A stretch of DNA of 64,000 bases from Narcine bancroftii (taxonomy: Eukaryota): positions 215,636,001 through 215,700,000 of the forward strand of contig NC_091473.1 of assembly GCF_036971445.1 (NCBI RefSeq), in the 5' to 3' direction. Made by a program: the position numbers and the translations under genes. Below, piece after piece: positions 20,816 to 35,934 of this stretch. The notes below the pieces were generated by a model. It was not told the DNA's origin. It did not search any database and saw nothing but the letters and a program-made list of their open reading frames with translations. Position 1 is the stretch's first letter, and each line of letters starts with the position of its first letter.

Positions 20816-23125
20816 AGAAATATAGAAACTAGGTGCAGGAGTCGGCCATTTGGCCCTTCAAGCCTACACCACCATTCATTTTGATCATGGCTGATTGTCT
20901 ACTCAGTACCCAGTACCTACCTTCTCCCCATACCCCCTGATCCCCTTAGCCACATTTGTCTTAGCTAATCTCTTTCTCTTTAAGTCCTAATAAAAGCTTT
21001 TACAGTCATTTTTTATGTTCCCTGACACCTTTCTCTCATAATCCATTTGACCTTTCCTCATGAATCCCTTTGTCCTCCTCTGTTGAACTCTGAATTTCTC
21101 CCAGTCCTCAGGAATATTGTTTATCTTTTGGTTAATTTATATGCTGCTTCTTTGGATTTGATTCCCTCTCTGATTTCCCTTAGCCATGGATGCAGCACCT
21201 TCCTTGACTTATTCTTTCCCAAACTGGGATGTATAATTGTTGTATTTCAGCCAAGCTATCTTTAAATGATCGCCATTGCATTTCCATCATTGATCCTTTA
21301 AGTACATTTGCCAATTTACGTCTCATACCATCAAAGTTGCCCTTCTTTAAGTTCAGAACCTTTGTATCTGAATTCACTCGGTCACTCTCCATCTTAATGA
21401 AGAATTCCACTATATTGTGCTCACTCTTGGCCAAGGGGCTTCTCACAACAAGATTGCTAATTAACATTACTCAATACCCAGTCTAGAATGGCCTGTCCTC
21501 TTGCTGGTTCCTCCACATCCTGGTTTAGACAACAATCGCGCATACATTCTAAGAAATCCTCTTCCTCGTTACCCTGACCAATTTGGTTCACCCAATCTAC
21601 ATGTAGATTAAAGTCACCCATTATAAGTGTTGTACCTTTGTTGCACACACTACCAAATTCATGGTTAATGCCATCTCTCACCTCACTGTTACTGTTAGGT
21701 GGCCTGTACACAACTTCCACTAGCGAGTTCTGCCCCTTGGTACTTCTCCGCTCGACGCATATCGATTCCACATCCTCGAAGCTAATGTCCTTCCTTTCTA
21801 TTGCATTTACCTCCTCAAACCAACAATACTGCCCCATCTCCTTTTCCTTTCTGTCCAACCCTCCAGAATACTGAATATCCCTGAATGTTGAGTTCCCAGT
21901 CTCGATCCCCCTGAAGCCATGTCTCTGTGATCCCGACTAAATCATAGTCATTAATAGCTATCTCCACATTCAATTCATCCACCTTATTGTGAATGTTCCT
22001 TGCATTGAGACACAAAGGCTTCAGGCTTGCTTCTGCCACACTTTTATCCCTTTTCCCATTATGTTGAGAAGTGGCCGTTTTTGATTTTTGCCCAGGGTTT
22101 ACCCAACTGCTACTTTTGATTTTCACCTTGCTATCTTTTGCTTCCACCCTCATATTACACCCTTCTGTCTCTCTGCGCTTGTTCCCATCCCCCTGCAACA
22201 TAAGTTTAAACCTTCCCCAACAGTGGAAGCAAACCAACTCCCAAGAACATTGGTCCCGGCCTGCCCAGATGTAGACCGCCCAGTTTGTACCAGTCCCACC
22301 TGTCCCACAACCCATTCCAATGTCTTAGGAATCTGAAACCTTCTTTCCTACACCACTGTTCATGCCACATATTTGTTCAAACTATCCTGTTATTTCTACT
22401 CTTGCTAGCTCGTGGCACTGGTAACAATACAGAGATTATTACCCCTGAGGTCCTACTCCTTAATTTATTTCCTAGCTCCCTAAATGTATCTTATGGGACC
22501 TCATCCCATTTTTTTCCCTTAATTGATATTACCAATATGGACCACAACAATTGACCCTTTCAGAATGTCCTGCAGCCGCTCCGAGACGTCCTTGACCCTT
22601 GCACCTGGAGGCAACAGACCGACCGGGAGTTCCGTTGCAGTCACAGAAACTTCAGTCTATTCCCCTTCCAATGGATCACTATTGCCCTTCCACTCTTTTT
22701 CGTGCTCTCTTGCACAGCAGAATGACTCACGGTACCATGATCCTGGATACTGATGATCCTGGGGGTCATCTCCCCAAACAATATCAAAAATGGCATATCT
22801 CTTTTGGAGGATGATGACCACAGAAGACTCCTGTGCTCCTTCCTATTACTGTTGGTCACCCAGTCCCTATCTTTCTCTACCCTCTGAAACTGCAGTGTGA
22901 CCAATTCACTAAAGGTGCTATCCACCACCATCTCAGCATCCCAGATGCTCCAAAGTGAGTCCACGCGCAACCCCAGTGCCGTCATGTGGTCAAACAGAAG
23001 CTGCAGCTGGACACACTTCCTGCACACGTAGTCCCCAGGGACACTTACAGTATCCCTGAGTTCCCACATAGAATAGGAGGAGCATGATACAGGTCTGAGC
23101 TCACCTGCCATGCCTGAAACAAACT
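20815..23125 (-). mobile_element. CR1 LINE 5' part (ORF1 zinc finger plus endonuclease) with internal deletion
   Basis: ORF1 CSSYSMWE..YVCRKCVQLQ; LNARNIHNK..GITETWL; VVYRPP; MGDFN. Confidence 0.85.
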
Positions 23126-23199
23126 CTTGTACATAAATAAAATGGAAGAACAAAGAAACCTGAGAACAGGGTTAATTGTTGGTTACTTAAGAGTGCAGA

Positions 23200-26100
23200 T
23201 GAACAGAAGGAACGGATGCAAATGCATACATCCCACAAGCTCACCACAGACATTGATTGGATAGTTAAGAAAGTCTATGGGATGCTTGGATTCATTAATC
23301 GGGGAATTGAATTCAGGAATAGAGAAGTCATGTTGCAATTCTACAAATGTTTAGTAAGATCACACTTATTTGTTCTGGTCACCCTATTATAGGAAGGATG
23401 TGAAAGCTGTGGAGAGGGTGCAGACGAGATTTATTAGGCTGTTGTCTGGATTGGGAAACAAATCTTATGAGGCAAGTTTAGCAGAGCTGGGACAATTTTC
23501 TTTGGATGGTAGAAAGATGAGAGGAGATTTGATAGAGGTCTGCAAGATTGTGAGAGGCAATAGATAGCGTGGAAAGCCAGCACCTGTTTTCTTGGGCAGG
23601 ATCAGCAAACACCAGAGGACATCTTTCTGTACAAATTTAAGGGAGGAAGTTCAGAGTAAGATTTTTTTTAAACACAGAGAGTTGTGGGTGCCAGAAATTC
23701 CTTGCCGGGGATGGTGGTGGAAGCTGAAACATTTGGGACGCTTAAGACATTCTTTGGCAGACACACGGATGAAAGAAAAATAGAGGGTTATAGGGTAAGA
23801 ATGTTTTAGTACTTGTTATTAGGAAGGGATATATGGGTCGACACAACATCGAGGATCGAAGGGCCTGTACTGTGCTGTATTGTTCTATGTTAATCACTCT
23901 GTTGGAAATAGTCTATGTACCCCAAACTCTGGATAAACGTGTGAAATAGTCGAAAGCATGTAAAAGTCAACCCACCAGTTTTTAGCCCAAACATCCGAAT
24001 TTTTGTATATTTTGTGTGTAAAATTCAAGCCCACCGTATTCCTGGCCCCGTCTGTCCACCCATCGGAGCTCTTGATGTCCCGACAATGGACTCTCGCCTA
24101 GACCCCGGCTACCAGCCTGCCCATCCCAGCTCCAGATGCTCAGACCACGGACTGTCACCTTGGACCCAGCCGCCTGCCCATCTGAGCTGACAAAGCTGTC
24201 AATGTGGACTTACAACCCGATCCCAGCAACCCGCCTCCACACCTGAGCTCCTGACGCCTCAAGCGACACAGTTACTTACTGCAGTTGAAAGTATTGTGTA
24301 TGTAATAGTCAACCCCCTAAATGTTTGCCTTAAATTTGTTCCACAAATTTCAACTATTATATTCATATTTGTGTAGCCCTTAGGACATTGTGGAGCAGAT
24401 AAGCTGGCAGATTGTGAAACAGTGCAGAAATAACTGGCTTGTCGCTATGGGAAACTTCAACGCCCCTCATATTGACTGCGGCTTCCTTACTGCAAAAGGA
24501 AGAGCTGGAGCAGAATTTGTCAAGGGTGTCCAAGAAGGATTCCTGACACAGTATGTGAACCAGCCGATTAGAGGAGAGGCCATTCTGGATCTAGTCCTGG
24601 GTGATAAGCCTGGTAAGGCGACAGAATTCATGGTGGGGTATATTTCAATGACAGTGACTGTTCTCAGAGAAAAGCACAGAAGAAATGCGGAGGATGTTTA
24701 GGGTCCACGTGTGGGGTTCTGGATGCGTTTGTCCCATTGAGACAGGGAAAAGATGAGAGGAAAAAGGAAGTGTGCTTGACTAAAGAGGTGAGACAATGAG
24801 TTTAGAGGAAGAAGGAGGCTTATATAAAGTTTAGCAAGCAAAAGACAGGAAGAGTTCATGAGAATTATGTGGTAGCCAGAAAGGAACTGAAGAAAGGACT
24901 CAGGATAGCTAGAAGTTAGGCAGGAGACTGTCTTGGCAAGAAGGATTAAGGAAAACCAAAAGGCTTTCTATGCTCATAAAAAAAAAACAGAAGGATGACT
25001 CCAGTGAAGGTAGGGCTGCTTCAGGATAAAGGAGGCAACGTGTGCCTGGAGGCAGAGAGGAGGTCCTAAATGAGTAGTTTGCTTCAGTGTTCAGCAGAGA
25101 GGGGGATCTTAAATAATGTGAGGTCTATATAAAACAAGTTTCTGTGCTGGTGCAAGGTGAGGGTAAGAAAGAGAACGTGCAGAATCTTTGTAAAAACACT
25201 AGGATTGATGTTCCCGTGACTAGGCGAGATATAGCCCAGATTATGACAGGAAGTGAGGGATGAGATTGCTGGGTCATTGACAATAATCTTGACATCCTCT
25301 CTGACCAAAGAGAAGGTACAGTGGATTGGAGAATGGTAAATGTAAACCCTTGTTTAAGGAAGGTTATAGGGAGAATCCAGTGAATCTGACATCAGTGGTG
25401 TGCAAAGTATTGGAGAGGATTCTTCTGAACAGCATTTCCAAGCCTTCAGGGAAGCCTAGTCTGCTCTGGAATAATCAGGAGAACTTTGTGAAGGGCAGGT
25501 CATGCATCACGAACCGAATTGACTTTTTTGAGGAAGGAACAATAGAAATTGATGAAGGCAGGGCAATTCATGCGGAGTCTGTGGATTTTAGTAAGGCAAT
25601 TGACAAGGTCACCCAAGGTAGACTCATTCAAAAAGTCAAGGGGCATGAGAGCCATGGAAACTTATCTTTGTGGATTCAGAATTTTGATTGGAGATCAGTG
25701 ACCAGCGAAGTTCTCTGGAATCTCTGCTTTTTATGATTTTTATAAACGACCTAGACAAAGAATTAGAAGGTTAGTTTAGAATGTTTGCAGATGACCCAAT
25801 GGTTGGAGGTGTTGTGGATAATGTGGACGGTTACGATAAGTTACAAAAGGATATATACAGGATGCAGCGATGTACGGAGAAGTGGCAGTGGTGTGAAATG
25901 ATGCAATTTGTAATGTTGGACTTGAAGGCGGAATGAATGGTTAATGGCAGGATTTTTAATAATGTGGAAGAACAGAGGGACCTCGTGGTTCATATCTGTA
26001 GATCTTCCAAGGTGCAGGTTGATAGGGAACATAAGAAGGGTTATGGTGTGCTGGCCTTTATTAGTAGGGGGATTGAATTCAAGAGTTGAGAGGTAATGTT

Positions 26101-26562
26101 GCATCACTATAAGACTCTGGTTTGACCACACTTGGGATATGGTGTTCAGTCCTTGTCGTCTCATTGTAGGAAGGATGTGGAAGCTTAAGAGAGGGTGGAG
26201 AGAGTATGGGATGTTGCCTGGATTGGAGAACAAGTTTTATGAGGCAAGGTTAACATATCTTGGGTTTTTCGCTTTGGAGCGATGAAGGATGAGAGGTGAC
26301 TGAATAAAAGTTTTATAAGATTACGAGTGGCATCAATAGGATGGAGAGCCAGCACCTTTTTCCCAGAACGACAGAAGCAAATACCAGAGGACATCGGTAT
26401 AAAGGTGAGGGGAGGAAATTTTAAGGGTGACATCAGGGGTAGGTTTTGACACAAAGAGCAGTGGGTGCCTGGAATTCATTGCCAGGGTAGTGGGGGAGGT
26501 TGATAGAATAGGGGCATTTAAAAGACTCTTGGACACAAGCTAAATAGAGGGTGTGATGCAGG
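23200..26562 (+). mobile_element. CR1 LINE fragments
   Basis: WSPYYRKDV..ERVQ, MGNFNAPHID, DFSKAIDKV motifs. The 3' end resumes at 32587-32650 after the L1 insertion. Confidence 0.8.
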
Positions 26563-26578
26563 GAAGGTTTAGCTTGTT

Positions 26579-29500
26579 TTTTTAAATTTTTTTATTTTTC
26601 ACACTATAAACCATATTGACCAAGATACATACAGACCTTTTTTTTTCTTGAATATATACAGTGTCATTTTCTCCCCCCTTTTCCTCCCTCCCTTCCCTCC
26701 CTCCCTCACCCCCTTTCCCATTTATTTGAAGTTCAATCTATAAGATACATTAAACCCGTCAAACAATGTTGTCACTTAATAAAATTAAACAAGAAATTTT
26801 ACTGAGTCAGTTCTTTTCATTGTCTTCTCCTTCTGTCATTTTAGGTGGTGGAAGTCCATGGTAGGATTTCTCTATTGTATTTCATGTATGGCTCCCATAT
26901 TTGTTCAAATATTGTGATGTTATTTCTTAAATTATAGGTTATTTTTTCTAATAGAATACATTTATTCATTTCTATATATCATTGTTGCATTCTCAATTTG
27001 TCTTCTCATTTCCAGGCTGACATAATACACTTTTTTGCTACAGCTAGGGCTATCATAACAAATCTTTTTTGTGCTCCATGCACATCGAGTCCAAATTCTT
27101 TATTTCTTATATTACTTAGGAGGAAGATCTCTGGGTTTTTTGGTACATTGCTTTTAGTGATTTTATTCAATATCTGGTTTAGATCTTCCCAAAATGTTTT
27201 CACTTTTTCACATGTCCAAATTGCAAGAATTGTTGTTCCCGTTTCCTTTTTACAGCAAAAACATCTGTCTGATACTGTTGGGTCCATTTATTTAACTTTT
27301 GAGGTGTGATGTATAGCCTGTGTATCCAGTTATATTGTATCATGCGTAACCTCGTGTTTATTGTATTTCTCATAGTTCCGGAGCGTAGCTTTTCCCATGT
27401 TTCATTCTTTATCTTTATGTTTAGATCTTGTTCCCATTTTTGTTTAGGTTTACCATTTGTTTTCTTGTTCTCCTTTTCTTGCAGTTTGATGTACATGTTT
27501 GTTACAAATTTTTTAATTATCATTGTGTCTGTAATCACATATTCAAAATTGCTTCCTTCTGGTAACCTCAGACTGTTTCCCAATTTGTCCTTCAAGTAGG
27601 TTTTCAGTTGGTGGTATGCAAACATTGTATCGTGAGTTATACTATATTTATCCTTCATTTGTTCAAAGGATAATAATTTATTTCTCGAAAAACAATTTTC
27701 TATTCTTTTGATCCCTTTTCTCTCCAATTCTCTAAAGGAAAGGTTATCTATTGTGAAAGGGATTAGTTGATTTTCCACCAATATTAGTTTTGGTAGTTGG
27801 TAATTTGTTTTATTCCTTTCTACATGAATCTTCTTCCAAATGTTGAGCAGATGATTCAATACCGGTGAATTCCTACATTGCACCAATTTTTCATCCCATT
27901 TCTCGGATCCGGAAAAGGCACGAAAATTTGCAGAACAATTACAAAACAGACAGAGAGATGAAGAGATGTAACAAGAACAAAAATGACAACAAACTATATA
28001 TGTATATATAAAAAAATATAGAGTATAAGTAAGAACTAAGAAGGGAAAGAAAGGGAAGAAATGAAGTAAGGAGGGAATTAAGAGAGTGACCTTTGTTATA
28101 TATGAAGATTAAAATCTTTTCTGGGGGGGCTGGGTGGGGAAAAATAACAGTCACTGCGAAATCAGTTGACACTTGCGAGCGGATTCGCAAATCCAAATGG
28201 AGAGGGGAGATGTGGTTGCCTGACAAGGGACAAAGGGCAACTCAGAAAGGGGACAGACTATTGGGGTTAAAGGAATTTTAGATCTGAGAATAGTGGAAAT
28301 ATTTTGTTTTAGAAATGTTGTCTTATAATGTGTTCAAAAAAAAAGCAGAAATGGATAAGAAGGGAAGGTGGTGATGAGGAAACGGAAAGGAAAGATAAAC
28401 AAAGTATGAAATTACTATGTTGAACTATATGACTTTAAATATTAATGGAATACATAACCAAATCAAAAGGAAGAAACTGTTAAATTTACTGAAAAAAGAA
28501 AAAATTGATATAGCATTCGTACAAGAAACACATCTAACTGAAGTGGAACACAATAAATTAAAGAGAGATTGGATTGGACATGTAACAGCAGCATCATACA
28601 ATTCAAAAGCCAGAGGAGTAGCTATATTAATCAATAAAAATGTACCAATCAAAATAGAAGAGGAAATAATAGATCCAGCAGGGAGATATGTAATGATAAA
28701 ATGTCAGATTTATTCAGAATTTTGGAATTTACTCAATGTATACTCACCTAATGAAGAAGATCAAAAATTTATGCAAGATATCTTTTAGAAGATAGCAGAT
28801 ACGCAAGGGAACATACTAATAGGAGGAGATTTTAACCTTAATTTGGACTCAAACATGGATAAAACTGGAAAAAAAACTAACAGAAAGAACAAAGTAACCA
28901 AATTTATAATTAAATCGATGCAAGAAATGCAACTTTTGGATCTATGGAGGAAACAACACCCAAAGGAAAAGGAATATTCATATTATTCGGGTAGACACAA
29001 AACATACTCAAGGATAGACCTATTCCTGTTATCAGCCCACATTCAAGGGAGAGTTAGGAAAACGGAATATAAAGCTAGACTATTATCGGACCACTCACCC
29101 CTGTTATTGGCAATAGGGCTAGAGGACATCCCACCAAGAATGTATAGATGGAGATTAAACTCCATGCTACTTAAAAGACAGGATTTTAGAGAATTCATTG
29201 AACGACAAATTAAAATGTACTTTGAAATAAATACGGCATCAGTGAAAGATAAGTTTATACTATGGGACACAATGAAAGCGTTAATCAGAGGGCAAATAAT
29301 AAGTTATATAACTAAGATGAAGAAGGACTACAATCGGGAAACAGAACAGCTGGAAAGGGAAATAACAAATATAGAAAAAGAATTAGCAATAAAGGAAGAT
29401 ACAACTAAAAGAAGAGAATTGGCAGACAAAAAAAAATAAAATATGAAACACTACAAACATATAAGGTGGAGAAGAACATAATGAAGACAAAACAGAAATA

Positions 29501-32500
29501 TTATGAGCTAGGAAAAAATTGTACAAAATTCTAGCGTGGCAGCTTAAGACAGAACAAACTAAAAGAATGGTATTGGCATTAAGGAAAAAGGACAAACAAA
29601 TTACATTTAATCCAATGGAGATCAATGAAAACTTCAGGGAATTCTACTAGCAACTATATCAAACTGAAAACAAAGGGAAAGAAGACAAAATAGATGAATT
29701 TCTAACTAAAATTGAACTACCGAAATTACAAACAGAGGAGCAAAATAAATTAATAAAACCATTTGAAATAGAAGAATTACAGGAGATATTTAAAAAACTA
29801 CCGAACAATAAAACACCAGGAGAGGATGGATTCCCAATAGAATTCTATAAAATATTTAAAGACTTATTAATTCCTCCCCTCCTGGAAGTAATCAACCAGA
29901 TTGATAAGACACAAAACATACCAGATTCATGCAAAACAGCAATAATTACAGTAATACCAAAGACAGGGAAAGATCCACTAGCACCAGCGTCATATAGACC
30001 AATATCTCTACTTAACACAGATTATAAGATAATAGCTAAACTATTAGCAAACAGATTGGCCGACTATGTACCAAAAATAGTAAATCTAGACCAAACTGGA
30101 TTTATTAAAAAAAGACGAACAACGGACAATATCTGTAAATTTATTAACTTAATTCATGCAGTAGAAGGAAATAAAACTCCAACAGTAGCAGTTGCTTTCG
30201 ACGCAGAGAAGGCCTTTGACAGAGTAGAATGGAATTATTTATTCAAAGTACTACAAAAATTCAGCCTACCAGAGAAATATATTAATTAGATTAAAGCATT
30301 ATATAAGGGGCCATTGGCGGAAGTGACAGTAAATGGATATATATCAAAACAATTTAACTTAAGCAGATCAACAAGGCAGGGATGTCCACTATCTCCCTCA
30401 CTGTTCGCATTAGCTATAGAACCACTAGCAGAACTGATAAGAACAGAAAATAAAATAAGAGGGATAAAAATAAAAGAGAAGAAAAAAATCAGTCTATTTG
30501 CAGATGACATTATAATATACTTAACAGAACCAGAAATATCAATAAAAGAATTACATAGGAAATTGAAGGAATGTGGAGAAATATCGGGGTTCAGGATCAA
30601 CCAAATAAAAGTGAAGCAATGCCAATGAATAATGCGGATTTCACAAAGTTCAAGAAAGAATCACCATTTAGATGGCAAACACAAGCAATGCGATACCAAG
30701 GTGTACAACTAAATAAAAATCTCGGCCATCTATATAAACTAAATTATCATCCATTAATCAAAAAATTACAAGACGACTTAGAGCATTGGAAAGACTTACC
30801 ACTAATACTGATAGGAAGGATAAACTGTATTAAAATGAACATTTTCCCAAGGATAAAATACCTATTTCAGTCATTACCAATTCACCTAACAGAGAAATTA
30901 TTCAAGGAGTTAAAGAAAATAATAAGGAAATTCTTATGGAAAGGGGGGAAACTGAGGATAGCACTAGATAAATTAAAAGAATGGTACAAACAAGGAGGCT
31001 TACAACTACCAAACTTTAAGAATTATTATAGAGCCACACAATTAAGATTCCGATCAGATTTTTATCAAACAAGGGAAAAACCAGATTTGACCAGATTAGA
31101 ACTAGATAAAATAGGGGAGAAGATACCTGAACATATATTATAGTTTGCCTTGCTGCCCCGGGATAAGTATTTTAAATACCGCTGGGTATTTTAACATAAA
31201 TTTATAACCTTTATTCCATCGGATCATTTTTGCTGCATTAAACTCCTTCCTCTTCTTCAGGAGTTCAAAACTTATATCTGGATAGAAAAAAAATTCTTGA
31301 CCTTTGTATTCCAGTGGTTTTTTTGTCTTCTTTTATTTTTTTCATTGCCTTCTCCAATATATTTTCTCTTGTTGTATATCTTAGGAATTTTACTAGAATG
31401 GATCTTGGTTTTTGTTGTGGTTGTGGTTTAGGGGTTAATGTCCTGTGTGCCCTTTCTATTTCCATTTCTTCCTGTAATTCTGGTCTTCCTAGGACCCTGG
31501 GGATCCATTCTTTTATAAATTCTTTCATATTTTTGCCTTCTTCATCTTCCTTAAGGCCCACTATCTTTATATTGTTTCTTCTATTATAATTTTCCATTAT
31601 GTCTATCTTCTGAGCTAACAGCTCCTGTGCTTCTTTAACATTTTTGTCAGATTCTTCTAATTTCTTTTTTAAGTCATCTACTTCCATTTCTATGGCTGTT
31701 TCTCGTTCTTCCACCTTGTCTACTCGTTTTCCTATATCTGTCATGATCATCTCTAATCTATTCATTTTTTCTTCTGTACTTTTTATTCTTCTTTTTATTT
31801 CACAGAATTCTTGTGATTGCCATTCTTTTACCATTTCCATATATTCTTTAAAAAAGATATATCCATGTACTTGCCCTTCCCTTCATCTTCCATTTCTCTG
31901 TGTTCTTCCTCTTCTTCTTCTGGGTCCACTCCAGGATCTGTGTCCTTTACCTCTGTCTCTTCTGGTTTTCTTGTTGGGTTGTTTATTTTATTTTGTTGGG
32001 TATTTTTGGTCTCCTTATTTTTATTAAAAGTGTCTTGGTGTTGGTCTTCTTTCTCTGGGTTGGTCATCTGTTGTTTCTTTGATTTCCTATTTTTATTCTC
32101 TTCCTTCTTGTTCTCGTTATTTTCTATGTTTTCCTGTTGAGAGTCTTGCTGTTGTGTTGTACTTGTCTGTTTCAACTGTGGAGATTTACTCCTCAGTTGG
32201 TCCCCCCTCCCGTCAGTGTTCTTTTTTGTCTTGCGCATCGCGCATTCTCACTTTTGTTTGGCTCCATGAGCCATTTTTGTAGTCCTGAGTTCGGGGTTTC
32301 CACTGACCTCAGGGAGCAGGCTTCTCTCTCCATGGCGGGCTTCCTCGACCGGTAAGGCCTTCACCTTCCTCTTCCGACGTCCTTCCTTCTTCTTTCCTTC
32401 CATTGTTTTTGGTTTTTCTTTCTTTGCTGCCATTTTCTCCACACTTTCACTTTCAATTTGTTATGTTTTCTGTGTTAGTGCCTTAGTTTTTTCTCTACCT

Positions 32501-32570
32501 TTTTTTTAACTTTTCTGGAGAGGGCTGGAGTTCCCCTACCGTCCACTACTGAATCACGTGACTCCTCATC
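26579..32570 (-). mobile_element. Full-length L1-clade LINE (~6.0 kb), internally inverted between ~27901 and ~31142, inactivated
   Basis: 16-bp TSD GAAGGTTTAGCTTGTT (26563-26578 / 32571-32586); A-rich tail at 26579. ORF1 (ENYNRRNNIKIVG, IERAHR) is on minus, EN/RT (LNINGI, QETH, RQGCPLSP, LFADD) on plus, and the ORF2 C-terminus on minus. Confidence 0.92.
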
Positions 32571-35066
32571 GAAGGTTTAGCTTGTTGAGTTATTTATACA
32601 GGATGGCATAACATTGGGGGCCAAAGGGCCTGTACTTTGCTGTGATGTTCAGTGTTCGAACCCTCCACGACGTCCCTCTGCCTCTTATCATCAACCCAAA
32701 TCTGTATCCAATTGATTCCATGGAAAATTCACCATGTAGTTCAGCCGACCATGTTGGATCTTGTCAAAGGCCTTGCTGATAAATTCCACATGGTAAACAC
32801 GGGTTGTCCTGCCATCAGCAATTTTCCTGGTCACCTCCAAAATTTTAATTAACGTGACAAGATTCAAGTTCCCATGCAAGAAGCCGTGCTATCTTTAATC
32901 AGTGCCTCCCCTTCCAACTGCAAGTAGATCCTGTCTCTCAGCATCCCCTCCAGCCTCTTATCTACAACTGGTGTAAATCTGTCCAGCCCATAGTTCTCTG
33001 GCTTATCTCTGGAATTCAGCTCTTTGGTCCCCATGAGAACAAAGGCAAAGATGTGCTGAATAACCAAGTGGCCCAGGTAACACCTAAACTGGTCACTGGT
33101 GAGGAGGTGAATGGTGAGTAAGTGGCACTTGATCCCACAGCCAAACATGTCCATCACTTTACTGAGGATTGAGTAGACTGACATCAGGAATTTACTTATT
33201 GGATGTGTCCTGTTTCACAAGAACTGGGGAAACCTGGATACATTTTCATGTGATTATTCAGGTATCAGAGTGGAATCTGTCCTGGAACATTTTGCCAGAA
33301 GCCTCCATTTTAATGGGATCAAGTCATATCCCCAAACTTCCTGGTTGCAGAATAATTAAGAAGCAACATTGATCTGAGCCAAGTTTGTTTTTCTTCTCAA
33401 ATGAATCCAGTATTTGAGTTCGACTCGAGGTAGTTTAGCGATGTTTCTCTCCACAGGACAGACGCTGAGCACATTTGCATCCTTATCTGCCTTCACCAAT
33501 CCAAACACATTAATCAAGCCGTCTTTTTCTAGCACGGTGAGAATTGTTTGTTGGTGTTGATCACTAAATCAGGAACACATTTCCATACATCAAGCAGCAT
33601 GCCTGTTCTTTTTAGCAGCCTGTTCCCACTGGGAGGTCCCCATCTCAGATTAAGTCCCACTGCCATCTCCTACAGGAAGTCTGAAGTGAAGGTAATAGTC
33701 CCCAGATCAGTGCCCAGTTTCACACACAACAATGAAAATGTCAAGCACATCTCTGGTCAATCGACAGCTGCATACAAAGAGTCTGTTGAAATTTGTCCCA
33801 TGCAGAGAGCATCAGAAGGAGGTTGTTCAGCCTTCCACTTTCTCCTATTCGTTGCTGACATGTATCTGAACTCCATCTGCCTTCCCTGGCAACCAAAATC
33901 TTACAAAATTCCATCACTGGAGAAAATTTCAACTGACCCCCATCCTTGAGAGTTTTCCAGCAAGAGTTCCGGATTTCCTGTGCTCTGAATAGCCTGGGTC
34001 TAATTGAAATGTTTTCCCCCTTATTTGGAATGCACAGATGATGCATCAGTTTCTATCTCCTCCAGTGCACCCTTTCATGAATTTAAACTCCCAATTCCAG
34101 CAGGTTTCATTTTTCATGTATCATGACAAGTTTCATTAAAACGATCCAGCCCAACGACCATCGGATATAAGCCTCACAATTTTGGCTTTCCCATCTCCAA
34201 TATCGTCTGCATTCAGCTCCCATTCTGAATGGAGACATGGAGTGCAGACAGTGGTTCTTTGAGCCTTATGATCTGACTCACCTGCCCACAGGGAATAGGA
34301 TGGGGTCCAACACTGTCCCTGGGAAACAGCAGCTCCTGGGAGTGAGTTTGATGGTGGGTGAAGGAGAAAAAAATAAAGGGAAATAAAGAGGCAGTGGGAG
34401 GAGAGGGGAAGGAGGCAAGAGATGTGATGTGGCAGAAAATGGAAAGGGGAGGAATGGAAGAGTGGGGTGACAAAGGAGGGAGAGAGGAAAAATGGGTGGC
34501 TCCAGAGAGCTGGGAAGAGAGGTGCAATGAAAGACGAGGAAGAGATGGAGAATAGGGTCAGGGAAAGGCTGGAAAAGTAAGAGAGGGAGAGGATGAGGAG
34601 AGAAGGCCCTGATAGAAGGAATGTAGGGGTGGGGAGAGAGGCAGAGAGGGTGGGGGGAGGGGGGTTAGATGGATGTATGAGCTGTGGCAGAACACAGACT
34701 CTAATCTCAGCAGCTGTGATGGAAACCTTGGTCTGTTGGATTCCCTGCTCATCCTCTGCTCAGTGATAGGGCAAATCACTCCTTGCTTCTCTCTTTTCTT
34801 GAGGGAACTGCATCATGTGCCAGCAGCAGAGTTCTGGCTTAATTGGGACATTGTGTTCAGCACAGACAGTGGAGGCCTGAAGGGCCCAACCCTGAGCGCT
34901 AATGTTCGATGACAGAGGATTCAACAGCCAGGTGTTGAAGGGCATTTCTTTCACCAACTTCACAGGCCCTGTCCACGTTTTGGCTGCCAGTGAATCAGGG
35001 TTAACGTTTGTTTGACATGATCCCCAGTTCACACAGTAATCATACCAGGTAAAGGCAGAACGATGA

Positions 35067-35275
35067 GGGTAGCACTGTTGGTGTAGTGGTTAGTGTCACG
35101 CTGTTACAGCGCCAGCGATCAGGACTGGGGTTCAAATCCCACGCTGTCTGTAAAGTGTATGTTCTCCCGTGGTCTGGTTTTCTCGCACTGTTTGAAATGT
35201 AGCGGAGGTTGTCGGTTAATTGGGTGTAATTGGATGGCACAGGCTACTGGGCCAAATGGTCTGTTACCGTGCTGT
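35067..35275 (+). mobile_element. tRNA-derived SINE
   Basis: TGGTGTAGTGG A box and GGTTCAAATCC B box. Confidence 0.75.
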
Positions 35276-35934
35276 CTTGCACAGGTCACAGACGGTTCCG
35301 TGTGTCTTTTTCCTCCTCCGTTCTCTCACTACATGGACCTGACAGTGATAGTAACTGTTCCAAGTTGATAGAGTGAGGATTGGAAGTGGGCACAGAAATG
35401 GTCGAGCCAGAGGTATTTCAAGCTGATCTTAACCCCTCTAAAGATGTGATTGAAAATCAGCAGTGCGACAATTTGTCACTGAATCCTTTTCTTCTCTGAC
35501 ATTAATTCTTCTGCTGAGAACTGCGAGTAATTCTGTGATTGGCTGATCTGGAAATAAGAAGGAAATAACCATGACGGTGGCACAGATGGAGACCTGCTTC
35601 ACTTCCACACTGGTGCCAATAACAGGAGCAGGTGTCCCAGAATGAAGATGCCAGTGAGGTGGAACCAGTGGAAGAGGACAGAGTGCTCAGGAGGGAACCT
35701 GCATCTCACAATCCAACTCCCCCTCATTCCCAAAAATCACTTCCAGTTCATGAGCTGCACTTGTGACTTCATTCAACAGCACCGCTGCACCCTCTGCGCC
35801 TCCAATCCATGCAGTGTAACTCAGTCCCTTCCACACAGATGAGAAGATGGAGGCAAAGGAGACACTCCGTCACTTCACCCTGACATCCACGTCCTCCATC
35901 GCAGGGTCAGAGTCAGGTTGGCCACGAACATGGA

